In this document: piece by piece, positions 35,501-47,997 of the stretch | How positions within the stretch are numbered: the first letter of the stretch is position 1 | How the letters are laid out: each line of letters opens with the position of its first letter | Source: Squalus acanthias | Taxonomy: Eukaryota | Length of the DNA stretch: 64,000 nucleotides | Reading direction: 5' to 3' | NCBI GenBank assembly: GCA_030390025.1 | Contig: CM059431.1 | Span: 123,320,001 to 123,384,000, forward strand | Notes under the pieces: model-generated | What the model was told of the DNA's origin: nothing | The model's database searches: none | The model's input: only the letters and a program-made list of their open reading frames with translations | Made by a program: the position numbers and the translations under genes

Positions 35501-36500
35501 CTGATTCTTCCTCATCTGGATATGATGAAACCAATTCTTGTGTCTCCACCACCAATACCAACTGAGATTAGTTACTCAGCCCAGACCAAAAATTGAACCT
35601 TAGACTTTGCTGATCAGTATCATTCAATACTACACCAAGCAGTAAATTTACTCACTGAGTCGCTGAGTTGGACATTTTGTCAATACTTTCCACAAAAGTT
35701 GATTTGGAAGTGAATACTAGAACATGGATAATTAATCAATCCAGGAGTGCATTGTAAGAAAATGTTTAAAAGAATCAGCTATTGCTACAATATAATTGAA
35801 ATGTGACAGCTTAGTAATGTAAGTATCGACCAATACATTGCTACATGTATTGATCAGATGGAAGTAATCAACAGACCATGGAGTGGACTAAAAATGCTTG
35901 ACCTGTTTAGCAGTGTAGCTGGGTTAGATCAAGGTTCAGAGAGATGGAGTTGGACATTAAAGCAGCTTTTAATTTACACACAAATAAATCAGGCACCCTC
36001 TGACTACCCTGACAGACAATACACACCATCGCTGAAGGTTAGAATTTGGCAAAGCTCTGCTTAATCTAAATCCCTCAACAACCAGAAGCATCACGGATCA
36101 GGCATGCTGACCTCCGTGCTTAATGCTCCGATTCAGGCCCCTGTCAAGCGAGGCTTTGCACCGAAAGAGCAGCCTTGCAAAACTTAACAGTGATACATTG
36201 CAAGACACTTCATAAAGTGTGAGATCAAACACCGAGCAGGAACAAGGAGAGGATTAAGGGAGCTGATTGGAGGTGTATCTAAGAGGTAGGTTTTGAGGAG
36301 GCTCTTGAAGGTGGAAGAGATGCAGCAAAGCAAAGGAGTTGAAGATGATAATTCCAGAGTACAGGGCTATGTTGGCTGAAGGCTCAGTCACCAGTAAAGG
36401 AAGGGGGGTTGTAGGATGCACAATCATCTGGACTCGGAAGAGCAGTGCACCAGAGTTTAACATTGGGGTGGTGGAGATTGCAGTCGGAAGCCTGGAGGAT

Positions 36501-37742
36501 CAACAACAACAACAACAATGGCTTGTATTTATATAGTGCCTTTAACATAGTAAAACATCCCAAGTCGCTTCACAAAAGCGTTATCAAACAATATTTGACA
36601 CCGAGCCACATAAAGAGATATTAGGACAGGTGACCAAAAGCTTGGACAAAGAGGTAGGTTTTAAGGAGGGTCTTAAAGGAGGAGAGAGAGGTAGAGAGAC
36701 GGCGAGGTTTATGGAGGGAATTCTCGAACCTAAAGCCCAGGCAGCTGATGGCATGGCTGCCAATGGTGGTGTGGTTAAACCTGGTGATGCGCAAGAGGCT
36801 AGAATTGGAGGAGTGCAGCGATCTTGGAGGATTGTAGGGCTGGAGGAGGGGCGAGTCCACGGAGGGATTTGAAAACAAGGATGAGAATTTTAAAATCGAG
36901 GCATTGCCGGACCGGGAACCAATGTAGGTCAGCAAGCATAGCGATGATGAATGAACGGGCCTTGGTGCGAGTTAGGATACGGGCAACAGAGTATTGGATG
37001 AGTTCAAGTTTATGGAGGGTGGAAGATGGAAGGCCGACCAGGAGAGCATTGGAATAGTCAAGTCTAGAGGTAACAAAGACATAGATGAGAGTTTCAGCAG
37101 CAGATGAGCTGAGGCAGGGGTGGAGATGGGCGATGGAAGTAGGCAGTCTTGATGATGGCGCGGATATGTGGTCGGAATAGGATGGCAAGGTTGCGAGAGG
37201 TCTGGTTCAGCCTCTGACAGTGAACAAGGAGAGGGATGCAGTCGGCAGCTAAGGAACAGAGTGTGTGGCAGGGGCCGAAGACAATGCCTTCGGTCTGCCA
37301 AATATTTAGTTGGAAATTTCTGCTCATCCAGAACTGGATGTTGGAGAAGCAGCGTGACAAATCGAAGGCAGCAGAGTGGTCGAGAAAGGTGGTGATGCGG
37401 TAGAACTGGGTGTCATCAACGTACATGTAGAAGCTGATGTTGCATTTGCGGATGATATCACCGAGGGGCACCATGCAGATGAGAAATAGGAGGGGGCCAA
37501 GAATGGATCTTTGGGAAACTTCAGAGGTGGCGGTGCATGAGCGGGTAGAGAAGCCATTGCAAGTAATTCTCTGGCTACGACTGGTTAGATAAGAATGGAA
37601 CTAGGTGAGAGCAGTCCCACCCAGCTGGATGATGGAGGAGAGGCGTTTCAGGAGGATGGAGTGCTCAACTGTGTCAAAGGCTGCAGACAAGTCGAGAAGG
37701 ATGAGGAGGGATCATTTACCATGGTAACTGTCACACAGGATA
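36501..37742 (-). mobile_element. L2 LINE 3' portion (continues at ~40484-40542 beyond the CR1 insertion)
   Basis: PLGDIIRK..FYMYVDDTQFY and ETLIYVFVTSRLDYSNALL..LADLHWFPV, with a (TTG)n tail at 36501. Confidence 0.88.
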
Positions 37743-40482
37743 TAGAATCATAGAATCATAGATGATAGGAGCAGGAGTAGACCATTCGGCCCCTCTAGAC
37801 TGCTCCGCCATTCAATGCGATCATGGCTGATCATCCAAATTCAGTACCCTGTCCCTGCTTTCTCCCCATATCCCTTGATCCCTTTAGCTTTAAGAAATAT
37901 ATCCAACTCCTTCTTGAATCTATTTAATGAATTGGCCTCTACTGCCTTCTGTGGCAGAGAATTCCACAGGTTCACCACTCTCTGGGTGAAGAAATTCCTC
38001 CTCATTTCTGTCCTAAATGGCTTACCCCTTATCCTTAGACTCTGACCCCTGGTTCTGGACTCCCCGACCATCGGGAACATCCTTCCTGCATCTAGTTTGT
38101 CCTGTCCTGTCAGAATTTTATAAGTTTCAATGAGATCCCCTCTCATTCTTCTAAACTCCAGCGAGTACAAGCCCAATCGACCCAATCTCTCTTCATACTT
38201 CATTCCTGCCATCCCAGGTATCAGCCTTGTGAATCTTCGCTGAACTCCTTCCATGGCAAGAACATCCTTCCTCAGATAAGGCGACCAAAACTGCACACAG
38301 TACTCAAGGTGTGGTCTCACCAAGGCCCTGTACAACTGCAGCAAGACATCCTTGTTCCTGTACTCAAACCCTCTCGCTATGAAGGCCGACATACCATTTG
38401 CCTTCTTAACCGCCTGCTGCACCTGCATGCTTACCTTCAGCGACTGGTGCACAAGGACACCCAGGTCTCATTGCACTTCCCCTTCTCCCAATCTATTGCC
38501 ATTCAGATAATAATCTGCCTTTCTGTTTTTGACACCAAAGTGGATAACCTTGCATTTATCCACGTTATATTGCATCTGCCACGCTTCTGCCCAATCACCC
38601 AACCTGTCCAAATCATCCTGGAGTTTCTCGGCATCCTCCTCGCAACATACCATCGTAGTTTCCTTTATTTAAATTCAGGACCCTAGTCTCTGATTCAACT
38701 ACTTCACTCTCCATCCTAATGAAGAATTCTATCATATTATGATCGCTCCGACCCAAGGGGCCTCGCACAACAAGATTGCTAATTAATCCTTTCTCATTGC
38801 ATAATACCCAGTCTAAGATGACCTGATCTCTGGTTGGTTCCTCGACATATTGGTCCAGGAAACCATCCCGTAAACACTCCAGGAATTCCTCCTCCATAGT
38901 ATTGTTACTAATTTGGTTAGCCCAATCTATATGTAGATTAAAGTCACCCATGATGACTGCTGTGCCCTTATTGCACGCTTCTCTAATTTCCCTTTTAATG
39001 CCATCCCCAACCTCCACATTACTGTTTGGAGGTCTATGTATCACTCCCATTAACGTTTTCTGCCCCTTGTTATTTCTCAGTTCAACCCATACAGATTCCA
39101 CAACGTAAGAGCTAATATTCTTCCTTTCAATTGTGTTAATCCCCTCTTTAACCAGCAATGCTACCCCACCTCCCTTTCCTTTTTGCCTATCTTTCCTGAA
39201 TATTGAGTACCCCTGGATGTTGAGTTCCCAGCCTTGGCCACCCTGGAGCCATGTTTCGGTAATCCCAATCAAATCATAATAATTTACCTCTATTTGCGCA
39301 GCTAATTCATCCACCTTGTTCCGAATGCTCCTTGCATTGAGACACAAAGCCTTCAGGCTTGTTTTTTTAACACTCTTAGACATATTAGAATTAGTATTTA
39401 CTGTGGTCATGTTTGATTTAAGCCGTTGTTTTCTCTGACTGCCACTTTTGTTTTTCTCCTTCCTATCTTTTGCTTTTATCCTTGTTTCCCTTTCCTCTGT
39501 CTCCCTGCTCAGGTTCCCAACCCCCTGCCATTTTAGTTTAAACCCTCCCCCAGAGCACTAGCAAACACTCCCCCTAGGACATCGGTCCCGGCCCTGCCCA
39601 GGTATATACCGTCCGGTTTGTACTGGTCCCACCTCCCCCAGAACCGGTTCCAATGCCCCAGGAATTTGATCCCTCCCCCTTGCACCATTCCTCTAGCCAC
39701 ATATTCATTTGAAATATCCTTCTATTTCTACTCTGACTAGCACGTGGCACTGGTAGCAATCCTGAGATTACTACCTCTGAGGTCCTATTTTTTAATTTAC
39801 CTCCTAACTCCCTATTTTCTGCTTTTAGGACCTCATCCCATTTTTTACCTATATCGTTGGTACCTATATGCACTACGACAACTGGCTGTTCACCCTCCCC
39901 TTCCAAAATGTTCTGTAGCTGCTCTGAGACATCCTTGACCCTTGCACCAGGGAGGCAACATACCATCCTGGAGTCTCGTTTGTGGCCACAGAAACACCTA
40001 TCTATTGCCCTTACAATAGAATCCCCTATCACTATAGCTTTCCCACTCTTTTTCCTCCCATCCTGTGCAGCAGAACCACCTACGGTGCTAGGAAGTTGGC
40101 TGCTGCTGTCTTCCCCTGATAAGCCATCTCCCTCAACAATATCCAAAGCGGTATATCTGTTTGAGAGGGGGGTGGCCACAGGGGACCCCTGCACTACCTG
40201 CCTGCACCTATTACTCTGCCTGGTGGTCACCCATTCCCTTCCTGCCTGTACACCCTTTACCTGCGGTGTGACCAACTCCCTAAACGTGCTAGCCACGATG
40301 TCCTCAGCATCGCGAATGCTCCAGTATGTATCCATCCGCAGCTCCACTTGCAATGCGGTCTGTCAGTAGCTGCAGCTGGATACACCTCCCGCACACATGG
40401 TTGTCAGGGACACAGGAAGTGTCCCTGATTTCCCACATAGTGCAGGAAGAGCATGTCACAGCACCGAGCTGTCCTGCCATGA
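37743..40482 (-). mobile_element. CR1 LINE with SGNH-esterase ORF1, APE endonuclease and ORF2 C-terminus; RT core deleted
   Basis: ORF1 39574-40353 has AIVIGDSIVR and VVVHIGTNDIG. EN 38613-39410 has LNARSIRNK, GITETWL, MGDFN and LGRSDHN. This joins directly at ~38650 to post-FADD sequence CEEDAEKLQDDLD, then LVRPHLEYCVQFWSP. Confidence 0.92.
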
Positions 40483-40544
40483 CATATCATTTGTGACTTT
40501 GGTAAGGGCCGTTTCAGTGCTATGGCAGGGTGCAAATCTGATCA

Positions 40545-40820
40545 TAGAATCAATCATAGAATCATACAGGACAGTAGGAGGCCATTCAGCCCATTGTGCT
40601 TGTGCTTGTGCTGGCTTTTTGCAGGAGCTGTCCAATTAGCAACAGCTCTTTCCCTATAGCTCTGCAAATTTTTCCTTTTCAAGTATACATCCAATTTCCT
40701 ATTTGAAAATTACTATTGAATCTACTTCCACCACCCTTTCAAGCAGTGCATACAGATCACAACAACTCTCTGCCTATTTATCTCATCATCTCCTCTCTGA
40801 TGCTTTTGCCATATCAATAT
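40545..40820 (-). mobile_element. CR1 3' end fragment
   Basis: catagaatcatacag...ggaggccattcagccc tail. Confidence 0.65.
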
Positions 40821-40919
40821 ACTACCCACTTCAAGCTCACTGAATAAGACCAGTAGGAAGAGAAGTATAGAATATTGCCAAACACAGCTGAGGTGAATCC
40901 TAGACACGAAGATATTTAG

Positions 40920-41330
40920 TAGGAAAGATCATTTAGCAGGCTGAAGACTCAGTGAAAGTCGGTGAGCACTGAAATGATGGGACCTTGTACAGGATATGTT
41001 GTGGCAGCAGAATTCTGGATGAGTTGGGGTTTTGTTGGGTGGTAACTGGGGAAATGATCTAAAATGGTATTTGAAAAGTTAAGCATGGAGGTGAGAAAGG
41101 TATGGCTGAATGTTACAATGGTGGTTGGAATCATGTAGAGGCAGAGCTGGCAATGTTTTAGAGGTGAAAACAGATGGTCTTGGTGATCGACTGTATGTAG
41201 AGTTTGAAGTTCATCTCAGGGTCAAACCGTATATGGAGGTTGTGTAATTTTGGGGTTAGCCTGAGTAAAGAGCTAGAGTGGGTGATAAAATTGCAGCAAA
41301 ACTGAGGAATTTCTAGCAAGGACTCAACAG
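40920..41330 (-). mobile_element. Old L2 fragment
   Basis: FDPEMNFKLYIQSITKTICFHL and QLIQNSAA..ISVLTDFH. Confidence 0.65.
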
Positions 41331-41627
41331 GATAAGACACTAATAATTAACACGGCAAGGGGTAGCTACAGTATAAAGCAAGTAGTGATCATTGTCTTTC
41401 CTGTTAAACATCTCCCTGTCTGGGATTCACCTCAGTTGTGTTTGGCCTCAAATTCAAGCCTATAATTTCCTTCACACTGGTCTTATTCAGTGGGATTGAA
41501 GTGGGCAGTATGTTGATATGGTGACCTTTGTGAATATCATAGCTTTCTGGTTTTGAATACATCGTTCTGCTCTCTACATATCACCCAATTCTGAAATTCA
41601 AGAACGTTTTATGCATGTATTGCCTCT

Positions 41628-44600
41628 TAGGCTGCGATTTTGCCGGCGCTCAGAGGGCGGGTGCGGAGGCGGATCCGCTGTCATAATCAAAATGATTGAC
41701 AGTGGGTTGGGAAGTCGTTCTGAACCCACCTCCATGGAAGTTTCCAAAGTGTCGGGTCTGCGATTTCAGAACAGACCCGACATTAAGCAGCGGGAGAGGC
41801 ATTTAAGATAGTTACATGCTTGTTAACTACTATTTTGCCAGCCTTCTTATACTTTACCACTTTTTTAATGAGGTTCTCGTCGTTCGGAGATCACGTCAGA
41901 TAAGTAGGTCGGGTTGTCTATGTCTCAGCATTGTTGTGAATAGGTGACAGCTGCAAAAGTGGTATAAATGCTACCATTTCACAGCTGTTCATTTTCCAAT
42001 GTCAGAAGCTTCAGCCTTCAGGACTTGGAGACACTTTTGAGCTGTATGCAGTTTGGAAGTGTTTGGAGTAATCTCTCTATCCACTGTCATCTCCTTGGAA
42101 CAGCTCTCTCACCATTGACAAATCGCTTCTGTCATCTCAACTTCAGCTGCCATCTATTCCAGCAACATCGGTGCCCTTGAAAAAAATCTCACCTTGGTCC
42201 TCTGAATCCCTCCATGATCAGCCCCAACACCAACAACAACACCAACCTTCTCTGCAATCCACTGATGCTGCACAGAACACAGGGCATCAGCACCCGACAA
42301 CATTGCTGCACGGGAGGCCAGCGATGGCATCACCATGGCCAGATTTACTTCACTTGACGCTGTACACCGTGGCTGCCACATGATGCGCCAGGTTGGCACC
42401 ACCCCACCATAAAGCATCCCTACAATGTCCAAGCCATTCTTTCACACTCATCACAATTGGGGAGGGGGGGGGGAAAGTTATTTCTCAACATTCACTGCAA
42501 CTCACTGATACACTTCCAATGGTGAGCACAGATTTGTCCAATAAGGCAAAGTGTTGAAAATAAAAATTTCAATGTTTGACAACACATTAACAGGAAATTA
42601 ATATGAACATTGGCTAAAACACCCAAGTGCCTACGCTTGTGTGTTGTTAGTTGGTATGCTTGCATTAGGATGAGGGTGAGTGTGACAGGTGGCTACTGAG
42701 ATGGGGAAGTGATAACATAGATAGACAGGGATGGGTGGAGGTGCAAAGTAAGTTGGTGTGAGTAAAGATGTGCAGGAGTAGGGTAGGGAAGGCAGCGTGA
42801 GGGGAATGTGATGAGTGGCACAGCAGGATGAGGTTGTGTGTGGATTTGCAGTAACGCTTCGTGATCTACTCTGATCATTGAAAGGTTTGCGCCACTACAG
42901 TCAGGTCCTCCTGACGACATCCCTGCTTGTGTCCTCCTGTGCAATGTGCAACCAGGCTGCGTTGGTGTCATGGGGAGGTCTCTTCCACCCTTGGAAGGGA
43001 AGAGAACCACCCTGCGTGCTTTGACTCTCTCCATAAGCATATGGAGGGAGTCATGGGAGAGCCTGGGTGCAGCCATGCACCTTTGTGTAGTGCTTGTCTG
43101 TGTTTGCAGCACCTCAATGCTGTAGAACACTGACAGCACAACTGTCAAAATGAACATAAGAACATAAGAAATAATAGCAGGAGTAGGCCAATCGGCCCCT
43201 CGAGCCTGCTCCGCCATTCAATAAGTTAATGGCTGATCTGATCCTAACCTCAAATCTAAAGAACACAAGAAGTAGGAGCAGGACCCGGCCACTCAGCCCC
43301 TGGGCCCGCTCCGCCACCCACAGGGCCTTGACCGATCCGAACTCAGCCTCATGTCCAATTTCCTGCCTGCTCCCCATAACCCCTAATTCCCTTTACTTCT
43401 AGGAAACTGTCTATTTCGGTTTTAAATTTATTTAATGATGTAGCTTCCACAGCTTCCTGGGGCAGCAAATTCCACAGACCTACTACCCTCTGAGTGAAGA
43501 AGTTTCTCCTCATCTCAGTTTTGAAAGAGCAGCCCCTTATTCTAAGATTATGCCCCCTAGTTCTAGTTTCACCCATCCTTGGAAACATCCTTACCGCATC
43601 CACCCGATCAAGCCCCTACACAATCTTATATGTTTCAATAAGATCGCCTCTCATTCTTCTGAACTCCAATGAGTAGAGTCCCAATCTACTCAACCTCTCC
43701 TCATATGTCCACCCCCTCATCCCCGGGATTAACTGAGTATACCTTCTTTGTACTGCCTCGAGAGCAAGTATGTCTTTTCTTTAGTATGGACACCAAAACT
43801 GTATGCAGTATTCCAGGTGCGGTCTCACCAATACCTTATATAACTGCAGCAATACCTCCCTGTTTTTATAATCTATCCCCCTAGCAATAAAAGCCAACAT
43901 TCCGTTGGCCTTCTTGATCACCTGCTGCACCTGCATACTAACTTTTTGATTTTCTTGCACTAGGACCCCAGATCCCTTTGTACTGCAGTACTTTCCAGTT
44001 TCTCGCCATTAAGATAATAACTTGCTCTCTGATTTTTCCTGCCAAAGTGCATAACCTCACATTTTCCAATATTGTAATGCATCTGCCAAATCTCCGCCCA
44101 CTCACCCAGCCTGTCTATATCCCCTTGTAGGTTTTTTATGTCCTCCTCACTTTCTACTTTCCCTCCCATCTTTGTATCATCTGCAAACTTTGATATCTTA
44201 CACTCGGTCCCCTCCTCGAAATCGTTAATATAGATTGTAAAGAGTTGGGGACCCAGCACCGACCCCTGCGGAACACCACTGGCTACTGGTTGCCAGTCTG
44301 AGAATGAACCATTTGTCCCAACTCTCTGCTTCCTGTTAGATAACCAATCCTCCACCCATGCCAGAATATTACCCCCAATCCAGTGATTTTTTATCTTGAG
44401 CAATAATCTTTTATGTGGCACCTTGTCGAATGCCTTCTGGAAGTCTAAATACACTACGTCCACTGGTTCCCCTATATCCACCCTGTACGTTATGTCCTCA
44501 AAGAACTCAAGCAAATTTGTCAGACATGACTTCCCCTTCATAAAGCCATGCTGACTTTGTCCTATTAAATTATGTTTATCTAAATGTTCCGTTACTGTCT

Positions 44601-45410
44601 CCTTAATAATAGACTCCAAAATTTTACCACCACAGATGTTAGGCTAACTGGTCTATAATTTCCAGCCTTCTGCCTACTACCCTTTTAAATAAGGGTGTTA
44701 CATTAGCAGTTTTCCAATCTGCCGGGACCTTTGCTGAGTCCAGGGAATTTTGGAAAATTATTACCAAAGCATCCACAATCCCTACACCACTTCCCTCAAG
44801 ACCCTAGGATGTAAGCCATCAAGTCCAGGGGATTTATCCGCCTTGAGTCCCATTATTTTACTGAGAACCAATTCCTTAGTGATTTTAATCGTATTTAGCT
44901 CCTCCCCCCCTAGAGCCCCCTGTTTGTCCAGTGTTGAGATATTCTCAGTGTCCTCTACCGTAAAGATTGAATCAAAATATTTGTTCAGCATTTTTGCCAT
45001 CTCCATGTTTCCCACCATTAATTTCCCGGTCTCATCGTCTAAGGGACCTACGTTTGCCTTAACCACCCTTTTTCTTTTTATATAACTATAGAAACTCTTG
45101 CTATCTGTTTTTATATTTTTTGCTAATTTATTTTCATAATCTATCTTCCCTTTCTTAATCAATCCTTTAGTTACTTTTTGCTGTCTTTTGAAGACTTCCC
45201 AATCTTCTATCCTCCCACTAAGTTTGGCTACCTTATACGTCCTTGTTTTTAGTTGGATACTATCCTTAATTTCTTTACTGTGGACATGGCCCCTTTAAGG
45301 AAACCGGCTGATGACACATCATCAAATGACATCATCAGACCCACTGTCTTTTAATTGGTTGGGCTTAACAAGTCCAATCATCGTAAATTCACTTCAACAG
45401 AGTGGCGGGT
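41628..45410 (-). mobile_element. Non-autonomous Harbinger deletion derivative, copy 3 (contains CR1 43152-45280)
   Basis: Left end ggctgcgattttgccgg. Body colinear with copies 1 and 2. Resumes at tggacatggcccctttaaggaaaccggctgatgac (45280), matching 27670. Confidence 0.8.
43152..45280 (-). mobile_element. CR1 LINE 3' ~2.1 kb (RT domain)
   Basis: [41 protein letters not shown] and KFADDTK. (ACATAAGA) tail. Flanking tgaacat/tggacat duplication. Confidence 0.93.
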
Positions 45411-45670
45411 CTCCCAGTACATCTCGTGATAAATTTGACTTTGTCTGACAACCTCTTCAGCAAGCAGATTTTTTTCCCTCACAAGATGAAATGCCCACAA
45501 TGATTTTATCTCAGAGAGGCCTCCTTTTGTCATTCCAGTGTGTATTCGATCATATTAATATATTATGGCATCCATTTGTCTCAGACTCTGACTTGGATTT
45601 ATATAACGGTTTATCACGTCTCTCACAATTACTTCGAAGTGCAGTCACTGTTGTTATGTCAATAAACACA

Positions 45671-46425
45671 GGGCCGTAATTTGCGGTCCCTACGGGTGCG
45701 TACGAGGTGAGTACGCTCCTGTAAGGGCCATGCAAGTTACGGGTTTAGGTATGCGCTGCGCATGCGCTACAACCTGGAACTTGCGATCTGTCAAGAATCT
45801 TCTTGACAGATCGTAGCCATTCCCAGGAAAAGAGCATCCGCAGGCGGAGAGTTGGGGTATTTGCCCAACTTCTGCTCAGTGAATGCCCGTGAAATTCTTA
45901 GCAGGCGTAAGGCCTGCTTTTACCAGTGTAAGTTTTAAAAAACAGAAAAATAATTTTTTTTCATTCACTTAAAATTAAAACACATGTACAATAAGGCATG
46001 GATATTTTTAGCCGCTTTAAAACATTTAAATTTATTATTCAAAAAATGAAATTTTTGTTTTAAATGTTTAATTATATTTTATTTTAAATAATGTTAACTA
46101 TGTAATTAAAAAAAAAAGTTATTTCATGTGTTCGTGTATCTTTTAAGTGATCCCCATTCATACATATGGGGATTCCTAACGTACGGAACTCCAATAAGTA
46201 TGAAGGGGGATTCTCTTCTTTGATTGGTTGGGCTGGCCCACATGATCCATGGGGCGCTTATGAACCGCATGCGCCCCCTGGGATACGTGGGCCTCTGCAC
46301 AGGCCTACGCATAGAGGCCCAGGAGCGCAAGTCGTCGTGGATCCCGAGGCAGGAGGTAAGTTCGTAGATTTTTTGCTGGTCAGAGGCATCTGCCCGTGGG
46401 AAGCCTCCGACCGCAAATTGAGCCC
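45671..46425. mobile_element. Harbinger-type MITE, same family as 13074-13813
   Basis: TIRs GGGCCGTAATTTGCGGTC / GACCGCAAATTGAGCCC. Confidence 0.82.
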
Positions 46426-47029
46426 AAAGAAGCCATTTGCATGCAGCAAGGTGCCACAAACAGCAATGACATGGATGACTAGTTAACCAGTTGAAGAAGC
46501 AATATTGGCCATGACATTCAGAGTTCCTTACTTTTCTTCAAATAGTGCCATTGTATCTTTAGCCATGGGGGTATTATAAGTAGCATTAGTGTCCCCATAT
46601 AAGGAGAAAAAAACACTCAGGTTCCCCCTCTTGGTTGTTAACCAGTGACTTCTGTTAGGAAGTGTGAATGTGTTGAATGTAGAATTGAGTCTGCTGTGAA
46701 TCAACCATTTTCAAATGTACTGTTCAACCAGTACCAACCACGGTGTCAGAAAGCCAGCTGGGTTAGACTACACCGGCAGCATCCGAAGTGTTGCAATCTT
46801 AAGCCGAGCACTCGGAAACTTGAACACACAGCAGTCACCAGCCAAAAGCTTCTGAAGGGTCCCCACATGAGCAACAGCAGCCTTCCACCAACTCTGCTGA
46901 AGGCACTAGGGGAGCATCTTGTACGGAAAAGCACTATGGGTTGATCACATTCGCAACAAAAGAATTCAGCCCAATATTGTGTTTGGAATTCAATTCATCA
47001 CCATTTTCACAGTTAAAATGTTGTCCAAC

Positions 47030-47300
47030 TCGTTCTATAATTTCTGGGCTGCCTCCGCTGATTTCACTGCCCTCCTAGTTTGGTATCATCTGCAAATTTG
47101 ACATAATTACATTAAGTTTCTGAATCCAAGTTATTTATGTAAATTAGAAACAATATTGGCCCCAGCACTGAGCTCTGATGCACCCCGTTCAGTACTTCCC
47201 GTGACTCTGACATAAATCCTCTGATGAGTACTCATTGTTTTCTAACCCTTCGTCAGTTTCTTATCCATTCCAGGGATAACCCTGAACACACACAGCCTTG
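47030..47300 (-). mobile_element. Ancient CR1-like RT fragment
   Basis: Minus strand ..[22 protein letters not shown]. Confidence 0.65.
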
Positions 47301-47997
47301 CAGATTAGTCAAGGAACATGCCCATCTTTGATAATAAATATCACGAAAAATGTTCGAATTCAGTAGTTGTCAGGCATTATTGGGCTCGGAACTGCCAAAA
47401 GCTGTCAGCCTCTCATACCCCTATCAATAATGTTACTGGTACTGGTAAACATGCAAAACAGTCTCTTTCTGTTTCTCCTTCATTTGTTTCTTTTACTGTT
47501 CTTCTCCACCTCTGTTCATCTCGCCTTCATTTCTGCCTTCTTGCTTCTCCTTGTCATTCACTTCTGTCTCCCTCTCTTCCTTCACTTCTGTCTTTGCTTC
47601 TTATTCTAAATCTAACATCTTATCAAAAACAGAAGCTGCTACTGAGCATTTGGTTGAATGTTATCTTTCTTTCCCAACTTCTAGGACTGATGCAGTTAGC
47701 ATCATTTTTTGTAATCACAATGATCTTTTTCTGTGGGACTGGTATAAATGATACTGTATTTGACCAACATTTGATAAAGTGTTCCCCTTTGAAAAATGAA
47801 CATAATGGTACAATGAGGAGGACATACTTAAAGCTTTTAGAATTCATGCAATTTGCAGTTCATTGTGGCGTGGTTAGTAAAGGTTCACTTTTTAAGTACA
47901 GTATCTCAACTCACAATGATTAATTTCACCTACTAACCAAAAGTGGTTTTGTATTGATTGTGGGACAGTTTCCATAATATTCTGCATATGTAAGTGT

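Noticed and set aside
47318..47923. 201-aa hydrophobic ORF
   Set aside because: Driven by pyrimidine-rich low-complexity sequence with no domain similarity I can recognise.
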